Of a stretch of DNA of 64,000 bases, positions 48,082 through 61,787 are shown one piece after another. Under the pieces are notes generated by a model. That model did no database searches and was not told the DNA's origin. It saw only the letters and a program-made list of their open reading frames with translations. The stretch is from Nemertoderma westbladi (lineage: Eukaryota > Animalia > Xenacoelomorpha): the NCBI GenBank assembly GCA_032718475.1, contig JAUCBJ010007290.1, positions 62,001-126,000 on the forward strand, given 5' to 3'. The position numbers and the translations under genes are program-made. The number at the start of each line of letters is the position of its first letter. Position 1 is the first letter of the stretch.

Positions 48082-51000
48082 GCCAGTGTCCCCTCGCATG
48101 GATCCGACCTGCACGTGGCGTTCCATCTGTAGCCAATGTCCCCTCGCATGGATCCGACCTGCACGTGGCGATCCATCTGCAGCCAATGTCCCCTCGCATG
48201 GATCCGACCTGCACGTGGCGATCCATCTGCAGCCAATGTCCCCTCGCATGGATCCTAACTCACATGGCGTTCCATCTGCAGCCAATGTCCCCTCGCATGG
48301 ATCCGACCTGCACGTGGCGTTCCATCTGTAGCCAATGTCCCCTCGCATGGATCCGACCTGCACGTGGCGATCCATCTGCAGCCAATGTCCCCTCGCATGG
48401 ATCCGACCTGCACGTGGCGATCCATCTGCAGCCAATGTCCCCTCGCATGGATCCTACCTCACATGGCGTTCCATCTGCAGCCAATGTCCCCTCGCATGGA
48501 TCCGACCTGCACGTGGCGTTCCATCTGTAGCCAATGTCCCCTCGCATGGATCCGACCTGCACGTGGCGATCCATCTGCAGCCAATGTCCCCTCGCATGGA
48601 TCCGACCTGCACGTGGCGATCCATCTGCAGCCAATGTCCCCTCGCATGGATCCTACCTCACATGGCGTTCCATCTGCAGCCAATGTCCCCTCGCATGGAT
48701 CCGACCTGCACGTGGCGTTCCATCTGCAGCCAATGTCCCCTCGCATGGATCCGACCTGCACGTGGCGATCCATCTGCAGCCAATGTCCCCTCGCATGGAT
48801 CCGACCTGCATGTGGCGTTCCATCTGTAGCCAATGTCCCCTCGCATGGATCCTACCTCCACCTGGCGTTCCATCTGCAGCCAATGTCCCCTCGCATGGAT
48901 CCAACCTGCACCTGGCGTTCCATCTGCAGCCAATGTCACCTCGCATGGATCCTACCTGCACCTGGCGTTCCATCTGCAGCCAATGTCCCCTCGCTTGGAT
49001 TCGACCTGCACGTGGCGTTCCATCTGCTTCCAGTGTCCCCTCGCATGGATCCAACCTGCACCTGGCGATCCATCTGCAGCCAATGTCCCCTCGCATGGAT
49101 CCGACCTCCACCTGGCGTTCCATCTGCAGCCAATGTCCCCTCGCATGGATCCTACTTGCACCCGGCGTTCCATCTGCAGCCAATGTCCCCTCACATGGAT
49201 CCGACCTGCACCTGGCGTTCCATCTGCAGCCAATGTCCCCTCGCATGGATCCGACCTGCACGTGGCGTTCCATCTACATACAGTGTCCCCTCGCATGGAT
49301 CCAACCTGCACCTGGCGATCCATCTGCAGCCAATGTCCCCTCGCATGGATCCGACCTCCACCTGGCGTTCCATCTGCAGCCAATGTCCCCTCGCATGGAT
49401 CCGACATGCACCTGGCGTTCCATCTGCAGCCAATGTCCCCTCGCATGGATCCTACCTGCACCCGGCGTTCCATCTGCAGCCAATGTCCCCTCACATGGAT
49501 CCGACCTGCACCTGGCGTTCCATCTGCAGCCAATGTCCCCTCGCATGGATCCGACCTGCACGTGGCGTTCCATCTGCAGCCAATGTCCCCTCGCATGGAT
49601 CCTACCTGCACCCGGCGTTCAATCTGCAACCAATGTCCCCTCACATGGATCCGACCTGCACCTGGCGTTCCATCTGCAGCCAATGTCCCCTCGCATGGAT
49701 CCGACCTGCACCTGGCGTTCCATCTGCAGCCAATGTCTCCTCGCATGGATCCGACATGCACCTGGCGTTCCATCTGCAGCCAATGTCCCCTCGCATGGAT
49801 TCTACCTGCACCCGGCGTTCCATCTGCAGCCAATGTTCCCTCGCATGGATCCGACCTCCACCTGGCGTTCCATCTGCATCCAGTGTCCCCTGGCATGGAT
49901 CCAACCTGCACCTGGCGATCCATCTGCAGCCAATGTCCCCTCGCATGGATACGACCTCCACCTGGCGTTCCATCTGCATCCAGTGTCCCCTCGCATGGAT
50001 CCAACCTGCACCTGGCGAACCATCTGCAGCCAATGTCCCCTCGCATGGATCCAACCTGCACCTGGCGTTCCATCTGCAGCCAATGTCCCCTTGCATAGAT
50101 CCGACCTGCACCTGGCGTTCCATCTGCAGCCAATGTCCCCTCGCATGGATCCGACCTGCACGTGGCGTTCCATCTGTAGCCAATGTCCCCTCTCATGGAT
50201 CCGATCTGCACGTGGCGATCCATCTGCAGCCAATGTCCCCTCGCATGGATCCGACCTGCACGTGGCGATCCATCTGCAGCCAATGTCCCCTCGCATGGAT
50301 CCGACCTGCACGTGGCGTTCCATCTGTAGCCAATGTCCCCTCGCATGGATCCTACCTCCACCTGGCGTTCCATCTGCAGCCAATGTCCCCTCGCATGGAT
50401 CCAACCTGCACCTGGCGTTCCATCTGCAGCCAATGTCCCCTCGCATGGATCCTACCTGCACCTGGCGTTCCATCTGCAGCCAATGTCCCCTCGCATGGAT
50501 TCGACCTGCACGTGGCGTTCCATCTGCTTCCAGTGTCCCCTCGCATGGATCCAACCTGCACCTGGCGATCCATCTGCAGCCAATGTCCCCTCGCATGGAT
50601 CCGACCTCCACCTGGCTTTCCATCTGCAGCCAATGTCCCCTCGCATGGATCCTACTTGCACCCGGCGTTCCATCTGCAGCCAATGTCCCCTCGCATGGAT
50701 CCGACCTGCACGTGGCGTTCCATCTGTAGCCAATGTCCCCTCGCATGGATCCTACCTCCACCTGGCGTTCCATCTGCAGTCAATGTCCCCTCGCATGGAT
50801 CCAACCTGCACCTGGCGTTCCATCTGCAGCCAATGTCCCCTCGCATGGATCCTACCTGCACCTGGCGTTCCATCTACATCCAGTGTCCCCTCACATGGAT
50901 CCGACCTACACCTGGCGTTCCATCTACAGCCAATGTCCCCTCGCATGGATCCGACCTGCACCTGGCGTTCCATCTGAAGCCAATGTCCCCTCGCATGGAT

Positions 51001-54000
51001 CCGACCTGCACGTGGCGTTCCATCTGCATCCAGTGTCCCCTAGAATGGATCCGAACAGCAACTGGGCGTTCCATCTGCAGCCAGTGTCCCCTCGCATGGA
51101 TCCGACCTGAACCTGGCGTTCTATATGCAGCCAATGTCCCCTCGAATGGATCCGACCTGCACCTGGCGGTCCATCTGCAGCCAATGTCCCCTCGCATGGA
51201 TCCGACCTGCACGTGGCGATCCATCTGCAGCCAATGTCCCCTCGCATGGATCCGACCTGCACCTGGCGTTCCATCTGCAGCCAATGTCCCCTCGCATGGA
51301 TCCGACCTGCACCTGGCGTTCCATCTGCATCCAGTGTCCCCTCGAATGGATCCGAACAGCACCTGGGCGTTCCATCTGCAGCCAGTGTCCCCTCGCATGG
51401 ATCCGACCTGAACCTGGCGTTCTATATGCAGCCAATGTCCCCTCGACATGGATCCGACCTGCACCTGGCGTTCCATCTGCAGCCAATGTCCCCTCGCATG
51501 GATCCGACCTGCACCTGGCGTTCCATCTGCAGCCAATGTCCCCTCGCATGGATCCGACCTGCACCTGGCGTTCCATCTGCAGCCAATGTCCCCTCGCATG
51601 GATCCGACCTCCACCTGGCGTTCCATCTGCAGCCAGTGTCCCCTCGCATGGATCCGACCTGCACCTGGCGATCCATCTGCAGCCAATGTCCCCTCGCATG
51701 GATCCGACCTGCACCTGGCGTTCGATCTGCATCCAGTGTCCCCTCGCATGGATCCTACCTGCACCCGGCGTTCCATCTGCAGCCAATGTCCCCTCGCATG
51801 GATCCGACCTCCACCTGGCGTTCCATCTGCAGCCAATGTCCCCTCGCATAGATCCGACCTGCACCTGGCGTTCCATCTGCAGCCAATGTCCCCTCGCATG
51901 GATCCGACCTGCACGTGGCGTTCCATCTGTAGCCAATGTCCCCTCGCATGGATCCGACCTGCACGTGGCGATCCATCTGCAGCCAATGTCCCCTCGCATG
52001 GATCCGACCTGCACGTGGCGATCCATCTGCAGCCAATGTCCCCTCGCATGGATCCGACCTGCACGTGGCGTTCCATCTGTAGCCAATATCCCCTCGCATG
52101 GATCCTACCTCCACCTGGCGTTCCATCTGCAGCCAATGTCCCCTCGCATGGATCCAACCTGCACCTGGCGTTCCATCTGCAGCCAATGTCCCCTCGCATG
52201 GATCCTACCTGCACCTGGCGTTCCATCTGCAGCCAATGTCCCCTCGCATGGATTCGACCTGCACGTGGCGTTCCATCTGCTTCCAGTGTCCCCTCGCATG
52301 GATCCGACCTGCACGTGGCGTTCCATCTGTAGCCAATGTCCCCTCGCATGGATCCGACCTGCACCTGGCGGTCCATCTGCAGCCAATGTCCCCTCGCATG
52401 GATCCGACCTGCACGTGGCGTTCCATCTGCAGCCAATGTCCCCTCGCATGGATCCGACCTGCACCTGGCGGTCCATCTGCAGCCAATGTCCCCTCGCATG
52501 GATCCGACCTGCACGTGGCGATCCATCTGCAGCCAATGTCCCCTCGCATGGATCCGACCTGCACCTGGTGTTCCATCTGCAGCCAATGTCCCCTCGCATT
52601 GATCCTACCTCCACCTGGCGTTCCATCTGCAGCCAATGTCCCCTCGCATGGATCCGACCTGCACGTGGCGTTCCATCTGTAGCCAATGTCCCCTCGCATG
52701 GATCCGACCTGCACGTGGCGATCCATCTGCAGCCAATGTCCCCTCGCATGGATCCGACAAGCACCTGGCGTTCCATCTGCAGCCAATGTCCCCTCGCATG
52801 GATCCTACCTGCACCTGGCGTTCCATCTGCAGCCAATGTCCCCTCGCATGGATCCGACCTACATCTGGCGTTCCATCTGCAGCCAATATCCCCTCGCATG
52901 GATCCAACCTGCACCTGGCGTTCCATCTGCAGCCAATGTCCCCTCGCATGGATCCTACCTGCACCTGGCGTTCCATCTGCAGCCAATGTCCCCTCGCATG
53001 GATCCTACCTGCACCTGGCGTTCCATCTGCAGCCAATGTCCCCTCGCATGGATCCGACCTGCACCTGGCGTTCCATCTGCAGCCAATGTCCCCTCGCATG
53101 GATCCTACCTGCACCTGGCGTTCCATCTGCAGCCAATGTCCCCTCGCATGGATCCGACCTACATCTGGCGTTCCATCTGCAGCCAATATCCCCTCGCATG
53201 GATCCGACCTGCACCTGGCTTTCCATCTGCAGCCAGTGTCCCATCGCATGGATCCGACCTGCACGTGGCGATCCATCTGCAGCCAATGTCCCCTCGCATG
53301 GATCCTACCTGCACCTGGCGTTCCATCTGCAGCCAATGTCCCCTCGCATGGATCCTACCTGCACCTGGCGTTCTATCTGCAGCCAATGTCCCCTCGCATG
53401 GATCCGACCTACATCTGGCGTTCCATCTGCAGCCAATATCCCCTCGCATGGATACGACCTGCACCTGGCGTTCCATCTGCAGCCAATGTCCCCTCGCATG
53501 GATCCTACCTGCACCTGGCGTTCCATCTGCAGCCAATGTCCCCTCGCATGGATCCTACCTGCACCTGGCGTTCTATCTGCAGCCAATGTCCCCTCGCATG
53601 GATCCGACCTACATCTGGCGTTCCATCTGCAGCCAATATCCCCTCGCATGGATCCGACTTGCACCTGGCGTTCCATCTGCAGCCAATGTCCCCTCGCATG
53701 GATCCTACCTGCACCTGGCGTTCTATCTGCAGCCAATGTCCCCTCGCATGGATCCGACCTACATCTGGCGTTCCATCTGCAGCCAATATCCCCTCGCATG
53801 GATACGACCTGCACCTGGCGTTCCATCTGCAGCCAATGTCCCCTCGCATGGATCCTACCTGCACCTGGCGTTCCATCTGCAGCCAATGTCCCCTCGCATG
53901 GATCCTACCTGCACCTGGCGTTCTATCTGCAGCCAATGTCCCCTCGCATGGATCCGACCTACATCTGGCGTTCCATCTGCAGCCAATATCCCCTCGCATG

Positions 54001-55682
54001 GATCCGACCTGCACCTGGCGATCCATCTGCAGCCAATGTCCCCTCGCATGGATCCGACCTCCACCTGGCGTTCCATCTGCAGCCAGTGTCCCCTCGCATG
54101 GATACGACCTGCACCTGGCGTTCCATTTGCAGCCAGTGTCCCCTCGCATGGATCCGACCTGCACCTGGCGATCCATCTGCAGCCAATGTCCCCTCGCATG
54201 GATCCGACCTCCACCTGGCGTTCCATCTGCAGCCAGTGTCCCCTCGCATGGATACGACCTGCACCTGGCGTTCCATTTGCAGCCAGTGTCCCCTCGCATG
54301 GATCCGACCTGCACCTGGCGATCCATCTGCAGCCAATGTCCCCTCGCATGGATCCTACCTGCACCTGGCGTTCTATCTGCAGCCAGTGTCCCCTCGCATG
54401 GATCCGACAAGCACCTGGCGTTCCATCTGCAGCCAATATCCCCTCGCATGGATCCGACCTGCACCTGGCGATCCATCTGCAGCCAATGTCCCCTCGCATG
54501 GATCCGACCTCCACCTGGCGTTCCATCTGCAGCCAGTGTCCCCTCGCATGGATACGACCTGCACCTGGCGTTCCATTTGCAGCCAGTGTCCCCTCGCATG
54601 GATCCGACCTGCACCTGGCGATCCATCTGCAGCCAATGTCCCCTCGCATGGATCCGACCTCCACCTGGCGTTCCATCTGCAGCCAGTGTCCCCTCGCATG
54701 GATACGACCTGCACCTGGCGTTCCATTTGCAGCCAGTGTCCCCTCGCATGGATCCGACCTGCACCTGGCGTTCCATTTGCAGCCAGTGTCCCCTCGCATG
54801 GATCCGACCTGCACCTGGCGATCCATCTGCAGCCAGTATCCCCTCGCATGGATACGACCTGCACCTGGCGTTCCATTTGCAGCCAGTGTCCCCTCGCATG
54901 GATCCGACCTGCACCTGGCGTTCCATTTGCAGCCAGTGTCCCCTCGCATGGATCCGACCTGCACCTGGCGATCCATCTGCAGCCAGTATCCCCTCGCATG
55001 GATACGACCTGCACCTGGCGTTCCATTTGCAGCCAGTGTCCCCTCGCATGGATCCGACCTGCACCTGGCGATCCATCTGCAGCCAGTATCCCCTCGCATG
55101 GATACGACCTGCACCTGGCGTTCCATTTGCAGCCAGTGTCCCCTCGCATGGATCCGACCTGCACCTGGCGTTCCATTTGCAGCCAGTGTCCCCTCGCATG
55201 GATCCGACCTGCACCTGGCGATCCATCTGCAGCCAGTATCCCCTCGCATGGATCCTACCTGCACCTGGCGTTCCATCTGCAGCCAATGTCCCCTCGCATG
55301 GATCCGACCTGCACCTGGCGATCCATCTGCAGCCAGTATCCCCTCGCATGGATCCGACCTGCACCTGGCGTTCCATTTGCAGCCAGTGTCCCCTCGCATG
55401 GATCCGACCTGCACCTGGCGATCCATCTGCAGCCAGTATCCCCTCGCATGGATACGACCTGCACCTGGCGTTCCATTTGCAGCCAGTGTCCCCTCGCATG
55501 GATCCGACCTGCACCTGGCGATCCATCTGCAGCCAGTATCCCCTCGCATGGATACGACCTGCACCTGGCGTTCCATTTGCAGCCAGTGTCCCCTCGCATG
55601 GATACGACCTGCACCTGGCGTTCCATTTGCAGCCAGTGTCCCCTCGCATGGATCCGACAAGCACCTGGCGTTCCATCTACAG
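48082..55682. repeat. GC-rich 50-bp tandem array (about 152 copies)
   Basis: Unit CCAATGTCCCCTCGCATGGATCCGACCTGCACCTGGCGTTCCATCTGCAG. Confidence 0.97.
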
Positions 55683-56252
55683 ACACTCACATTGGACCCG
55701 TAGATCCATTTACTTATTTAATATTTTAATAATTGATTATACAGTAGGTCGCCTATTTATATTTATTTCTTAAAAAAAGATTGTGTTCTTTTACTATACA
55801 TATCCGTTGGATATTATTAAAGTCTTCAATCATATAATTCATTTAGTAATTTGTTTGTTGGTGCTCATTGCTCAGTACATAGTAATTATTATTTGTATCT
55901 GAACAATAATAGCCTTGATTGGCTTGTTGTATGAATTAAATATATCGTAAAATAAGTTGCCCCGTTTACAGTTGCTAGTTGATGACCGCATGTAGCCCAA
56001 AAGTTGCCAAAAGATTTCATTGAAGAAAAATAAATTCGACGGGGATTATTTTTAAATGCCACAAACGTCAAATTGTTAATTTGAAAAAAAAATACATTTA
56101 TAATTTAGTTAAGCTATGTTGTTTTTTTGGTTCATATAATACATAATTTATTACGCAGAAAAGAAAGATTATAGGAAGATTTTACAATTGGCGTTTTTAT
56201 AAAAACACCATCGAAATTGAATATAAATAGGACGACAAGGAAATAAACTTAC

Positions 56253-56491
56253 GAACTGCGACAGTTATCTTTCTAGCACAGGTTACACCAGTAGTACCAC
56301 ACGGTTCAGCTTCTGCTGTCACTATGAAATTGTTGTAGTTGTTGCCAACGCTCCTAGTGATGACGTACTCGCAAGCGCCTTGGTAGTCGTACAAAGCTCC
56401 GTCGAACGTCTTATAATGCGGATCTCCGTATATTGTACATCGGGCAGGGCATTGTTTCTCAGTACAAACCCATCCATCATCGCCGCAGACA
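56253..56491 (-). CDS. Exon: E' end + VWD (D3-like) start, with YGDPHYKTFDG
   Basis: ttttag|TGTC acceptor, GTTC|gtaagt donor, canonical VWD N-terminal motif. Confidence 0.93.
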
Positions 56492-56522
56492 CTAAAACAT
56501 GTTCCACACAATAGAACGACAA

Positions 56523-57129
56523 TGTGTACAACTATACAGAGTACAGATAACCGCAGTGTACAACTACAGAGTACAGATAACCGCAGTGTACAACTACAGA
56601 GTACAGATAACCGCAGTGTACAACTACAGAGTGCAGATAACCGCAGTGTACAACTACAGAGTACAGATAACCGCAGTGTACAACTACAGAGTACAGATAA
56701 CCGCAGTGTACAACTACAGAGTACAGATAACCGCAGTGTACAACTACCGTGTACATCTGCCGTGTACAATTACGTGTACAACTACCGTGTACAACTACCG
56801 TGTACGACTACCGTGTAAAACTACCGTATACAACTACCGTGTACAACTACCGTGTACAACTACCGTGTACAACTACCGTGTACAACTACCGTGTACAACT
56901 ACCGTGTACGACTACCGTGTACAAACTACCGTGCACAACTACCGTGTGCAAACTACCGTGTACAAACTACCGTGTACAAACTACCGTGTACAACTACCGT
57001 GTACAACTACCGTGTACAACTACCGTGTACAAACTACCGTGTTGAACTACCGTGTACAAACTACCGTGTGCAAACTACCGTGTACAACTACCGTGTACAA
57101 CTACCGTGTACAAACTATTGTGTACAACT
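56523..57129. repeat. Compound array: 30-bp unit (about 7.5 copies) followed by a 13-14-bp GTGTACAACTACC unit
   Basis: Direct reading; fills almost the whole intron 56492-57143. Confidence 0.93.
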
Positions 57130-57143
57130 GAACTTGAACATAC

Positions 57144-57269
57144 CATTTGTTGCAATCCTTTCGAATTGATTCCCCAGATTGAAACTCCTTTCCACCGTGT
57201 AAACAAGGGCATTGATTCCGCTTTATACATTGTTCTTTGTGAAACACAAATCCGTCTTTACATGAACAC
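57144..57269 (-). CDS. Exon: TIL'/E' (CSCKDGFVFHKEQC...KDCNK)
   Basis: gtacag|GTGT acceptor, AAATG|gtatgt donor. Confidence 0.9.
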
Positions 57270-57361
57270 CTGTACAGAAGGCAAAAGTTAGGTAGAAAAA
57301 GGGGACATTGAAGAATTTTAACCTGCATTTAAAAATGACAGCACAATATTAATTACCTTGC

Positions 57362-60300
57362 CATGGAGTGCACTTTTCCGTTTACCCTACCCTGGCGTAC
57401 ACTATTCCGTTCACCCTACCCTGGTGTACACTTTTCCGTTTACCCTACCCTGGTGTACACTTTTCCGTTTACCCTACCCTGGCGTACACTTTTCCGTTCA
57501 CCGTACCCTGGTGGATACTTTTCCGTTTACCCTACCCTGGTGTACACTTTTCCGTTCACCCTACCCTGGTGTACACTTTTCCGTTCACCCTACCCTGGTG
57601 TACACTTTTCCGTTCACCCTACCCTGGTGGATACTTTTCCGTTTTCCCTAAACTGCGTACACTTTTCCGTTTACCCTACCCTGGCGTACACTTTTCCGTT
57701 CACCCTACCCTGGTGGATACTTTTCCGTTTTCCCTAAACTGCGTACACTTTTCCGTTTACCCTACCCTGGCGTACACTTTTCCGTTCACCGCACCCTGGT
57801 GGATACTTTTCCGTTTACCCTACCCTGGTGTACACTTTTCCGTTCACCCTACCCTGGTGTACACTTTTCCGTTCACCCTACCCTGGTGTACACTTTTCCG
57901 TTCACCCTACCCTGGTGGATAGTTTTCCGTTTTCCCTAAACTGCGTACACTTTTCCGTTTACCCTACCCTGGCGTACACTTTTCCGTTCACCCTACCCTG
58001 GTGGATACTTTTCCGTTTACCCTACCCTGGTGTACACTTTTCCGTTTACCCTACCCTGGCGTACACTTTTCCGTTCACCGTACCCTGGTGGATACTTTTC
58101 CGTTTACCCTACCCTGGTGTACACTTTTCCGTTCACCCTACCCTGGTGTACACTTTTCCGTTCACCCTACCCTGGTGTACACTTTTCCGTTCACCCTACC
58201 CTGGTGGATAGTTTTCCGTTTTCCCTAAACTGCGTACACTTTTCCGTTTACCCTACCCTGGCGTACACTTTTCCGTTCACCCTACCCTGGTGGATACTTT
58301 TCCGTTTACCCTACCCTGGTGTACACTTTTCCGTTTACCCTACCCTGGCGTACACTTTTCCGTTCACCGTACCCTGGTGGATACTTTTCCGTTTACCCTA
58401 CCCTGGTGTACACTTTTCCGTTCACCCTACCCTGGCGTACACTTTTCCGTTCACCCTACCCTGGCGTACACTTTTCCGTTTACCCTACCCTGGTGTACAC
58501 TTTGCCGTTCACCCTACCCTGGTGTACACTTTTCCGTTCACCCTACCCTGGCGTACACTTTTCCGTTCACCCTACCCTGGTGGATAGTTTTCCGTTTTCC
58601 CTAAACTGCGTACACTTTTCCGTTTACCCTACCCTGGCGTACCCTTTTCCGTTCACCCTACCCTGGTGGATACTTTTCCGTTTTCCCTAAACTGCGTACA
58701 CTTTTCCGTTCACCCTACCCTGGTGTACACTTTTCCGTTCACCCTACCCTGGTGTACACTTTGCCGTTCACCCTACCCTGGTGTACACCTTGCCGTTCAC
58801 CCTACCCTGGTGTACACTTTTCCGTTCACCCTACCCTGGCGTACACTTTTCCGTTCACCGTACCCTGGTGGATACTTTTCCGTTCACCCTACCCTGGCGT
58901 ACACTTTTCCGTTCACCGTACCCTGGTGGATACTTTTCCGTTTACCCTACCCTGGTGTACACTTTTCCGTTCACCCTACCCTGGTGTACACTTTTCCGTT
59001 CACCCTACCCTGGTGTACACTTTTCCGTTTACCCTACCCTGGTGTACACTTTGCCGTTCACCCTACCCTGGTGTACACTTTTCCGTTCACCCTACCCTGG
59101 CGTACACTTTTCCGTTCACCCTACCCTGGTGGATAGTTTTCCGTTTTCCCTAAACTGCGTACACTTTTCCGTTTACCCTACCCTGGCGTACCCTTTTCCG
59201 TTCACCCTACCCTGGTGGATACTTTTCCGTTTTCCCTAAACTGCGTACACTTTTCCGTTCACCCTACCCTGGTGTACACTTTTCCGTTCACCCTACCCTG
59301 GTGTACACTTTTCCGTTCACCCTACCCTGGTGTACACTTTGCCGTTCACCCTACCCTGGTGTACACTTTTCCGTTCACCCTACCCTGGCGTACACTTTTC
59401 CGTTCACCGTACCCTGGTGGATACTTTTCCGTTTACCCTACCCTGGTGTACACTTTTCCGTTCACCCTACCCTGGCGTACACTTTTCCGTTCACCGTACC
59501 CTGGTGGATACTTTTCCGTTCACCCTACCCTGGTGTACACTTTGCCGTTCACCCTACCCTGGTGTACACTTTTCCGTTCACCCTACCCTGGCGTACACTT
59601 TTCCGTTCACCGTACCCTGGTGGATACTTTTCCGTTCACCCTACCCTGGTGTACACTTTTCCGTTCACCCTACCCTGGTGTACACTTTTCCGTTCACCCT
59701 ACCCTGGTGTACACTTTTCCGTTCACCCTACCCTGGCGTACACTTTTCCGTTCACCCTACCCTGGTGGATAGTTTTCCGTTTTCCCTAAACTGCGTACAC
59801 TTTTCCATTTAGCCTACCCTGGTGTACACTTTTCCGTTCACCCTACCCTGGTGTACACTTTTCCGTTTACCCTACCCTGGCGTACACTTTTCCGTTCACC
59901 GTACCCTGGTGGATACTTTTCCGTTTACCCTACCCTGGTGTACACTTTTCCGTTCACCCTACCCTGGTGTACACTTTTCCGTTCACCCTACCCTGGCGTA
60001 CACTTTTCCGTTCACCCTACCCTGGTGGATAGTTTTCCGTTTTCCCTAAACTGCGTACACTTTTCCGTTTACCCTACCCTGGCGTACCCTTTTCCGTTCA
60101 CCCTACCCTGGTGTACACTTTTCCGTTTTCCCTAAACTGCGTACACTTTTCCATTTAGCCTACCCTGGTGTACACTTTTCCGTTCACCCTACCCTGGTGT
60201 ACACTTTTCCGTTTACCCTACCCTGGCGTACACTTTTCCGTTCACCGTACCCTGGTGGATACTTTTCCGTTTACCCTACCCTGGTGTACCCTTTTCCGTT

Positions 60301-60905
60301 CACCCTACCCTGGTGGATACTTTTCCGTTTACCCTACCCTGGTGTACACTTTTCCGTTCACCCTACCCTGGTGTACACTTTTCCGTTCACCCTACCCTGG
60401 TGGATAGTTTTCCGTTTTCCCTAAACTGCGTACACTTTTCCGTTTTCCCTAAACTGCGTACACTTTTCCATTTAGCCTACCCTGGTGTACACTTTTCCGT
60501 TTACCCTACCCTGGTGTACACTATTCCGTTCACCCTACCCTGGTGTACACTTTTCCGTTCACCCTACCCTGGTATACACTTTTCCGTTCACCCTACCCTG
60601 GTGTACACTTTTCCGTTCACCCTACCCTGGTGGATACTTTTCCGTTTTCCCTAAACTGCGTACACTTTTCCATTTAGCCTACCCTGGTGTACACTTTTCC
60701 GTTCACCCTACCCTGGTGTACACTTTTCCGTTCACCCTACCCTGGTGTACACTTTTCCGTTCACCCTACCCTGGTGGACACTTTTCCGTTTTCCCTAAAC
60801 TGCGTACACTTTTCCGTTCACCCTACCCTGGTGGATACTTTTCCGTTTTCCCTAAACCGCGTACACTTTTCCATTTAGCCTACCCGGGTGTACACTTTTC
60901 CGTTT
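57362..60905. repeat. 29-bp tandem array (about 120 copies) overlapping the exon donor
   Basis: Unit CACCCTACCCTGGTGTACACTTTTCCGTT, plus 28-bp variants. Confidence 0.97.
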
Positions 60906-61060
60906 GGAGGCACAGCGCAACAACACTATCAGAATACTGCTTTCCCGCACATGTTGGTTGGCATAGTGAGGAACATTGTTGGAATTCTGAGTTCGGCGGA
61001 CATTCCATTTCTTCGCTACAATCGTTGTCTGTGCAGTTCCAGATACCGTCGGTGCAGAAG
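60884..61060 (-). CDS. Exon: end of E module + TIL' (CFCTDGIWNC...QTEKCTPG)
   Basis: ttgcag|CTTC acceptor, CCCGG|gtaggc donor, phase 2-2. Confidence 0.88.
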
Positions 61061-61339
61061 CTGCAACAACAAATCGTTGTTATTGGGAGAAATGAGATAG
61101 GTCAAGGACGGGGGGGGGGGGGGGGGCTCACGGACATACTGTATACTTATACTGGACTACTGCATCGGTATTGTCTCCAAAACGAAAAAAGGGAGAAAAA
61201 AACGGACGAGCTTTGATAGGCGGGTTGGGGGGGGGGGGGGGGGGGGGGGGATTTACTTGGATGTCCTTTATGGACGACCTCTAGGTGATTCAGCTAATAA
61301 AACAATAAATGTATAAAAAGTAATACAATATCTCCTCAC

Positions 61340-61595
61340 CAATCATTACAGGATCTCTTGAGATGATATCCAGGTGGATGAATCCCTCCTATTGGATCCC
61401 TACAATGGCAGGACGAAACCTCCACACAGGAACCGTCGTGATCCACCATGTGATTGGTGGGACATTGACACCCTGCCAGACAGGGCGTGTCGCAGTAGGA
61501 ATCAGCTGATAGACCCAACGCGTCGCAACTCCTATCGCATTCAGTTGCGTTTCCGCATTGGTAGTAATTCTCCCCCGGGTGCTCGCAAGCAGCAG
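61340..61595 (-). CDS. Exon: TIL + start of E module (ACEHPGENYYQC...KRSCND)
   Basis: tgtag|CTGCT acceptor, GATTG|gtgagg donor, TIL cysteine pattern. Confidence 0.9.
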
Positions 61596-61787
61596 CTACA
61601 ACATAGACTCATATCAGTGTTCCACATACAACAAACAGTATATAAGTAAGTACATAAGGTGGAGACTATCACGGGCTGGCTAATAAAATTAATTGAAAAA
61701 TAATTCACAATGAAAAATTTTACTTTTAAATAATAAATATTTTAAATATTTCATAAATAATAATGGCATTCTTACTTTTTTTTACTA

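Noticed and set aside
48082-55682. HDV-like ribozyme in the 50-bp unit (ATG-TCCCCTCG-CAT resembles P3/L3)
   Set aside because: No matching P1, P1.1 GG, P2 or J4/2 elements could be formed.
48043-55773. Very long overlapping ORFs (up to 1534 aa) as protein-coding genes
   Set aside because: They are open in all six frames because the 50-bp unit lacks stops. The flanking mucin exons join in phase without them.
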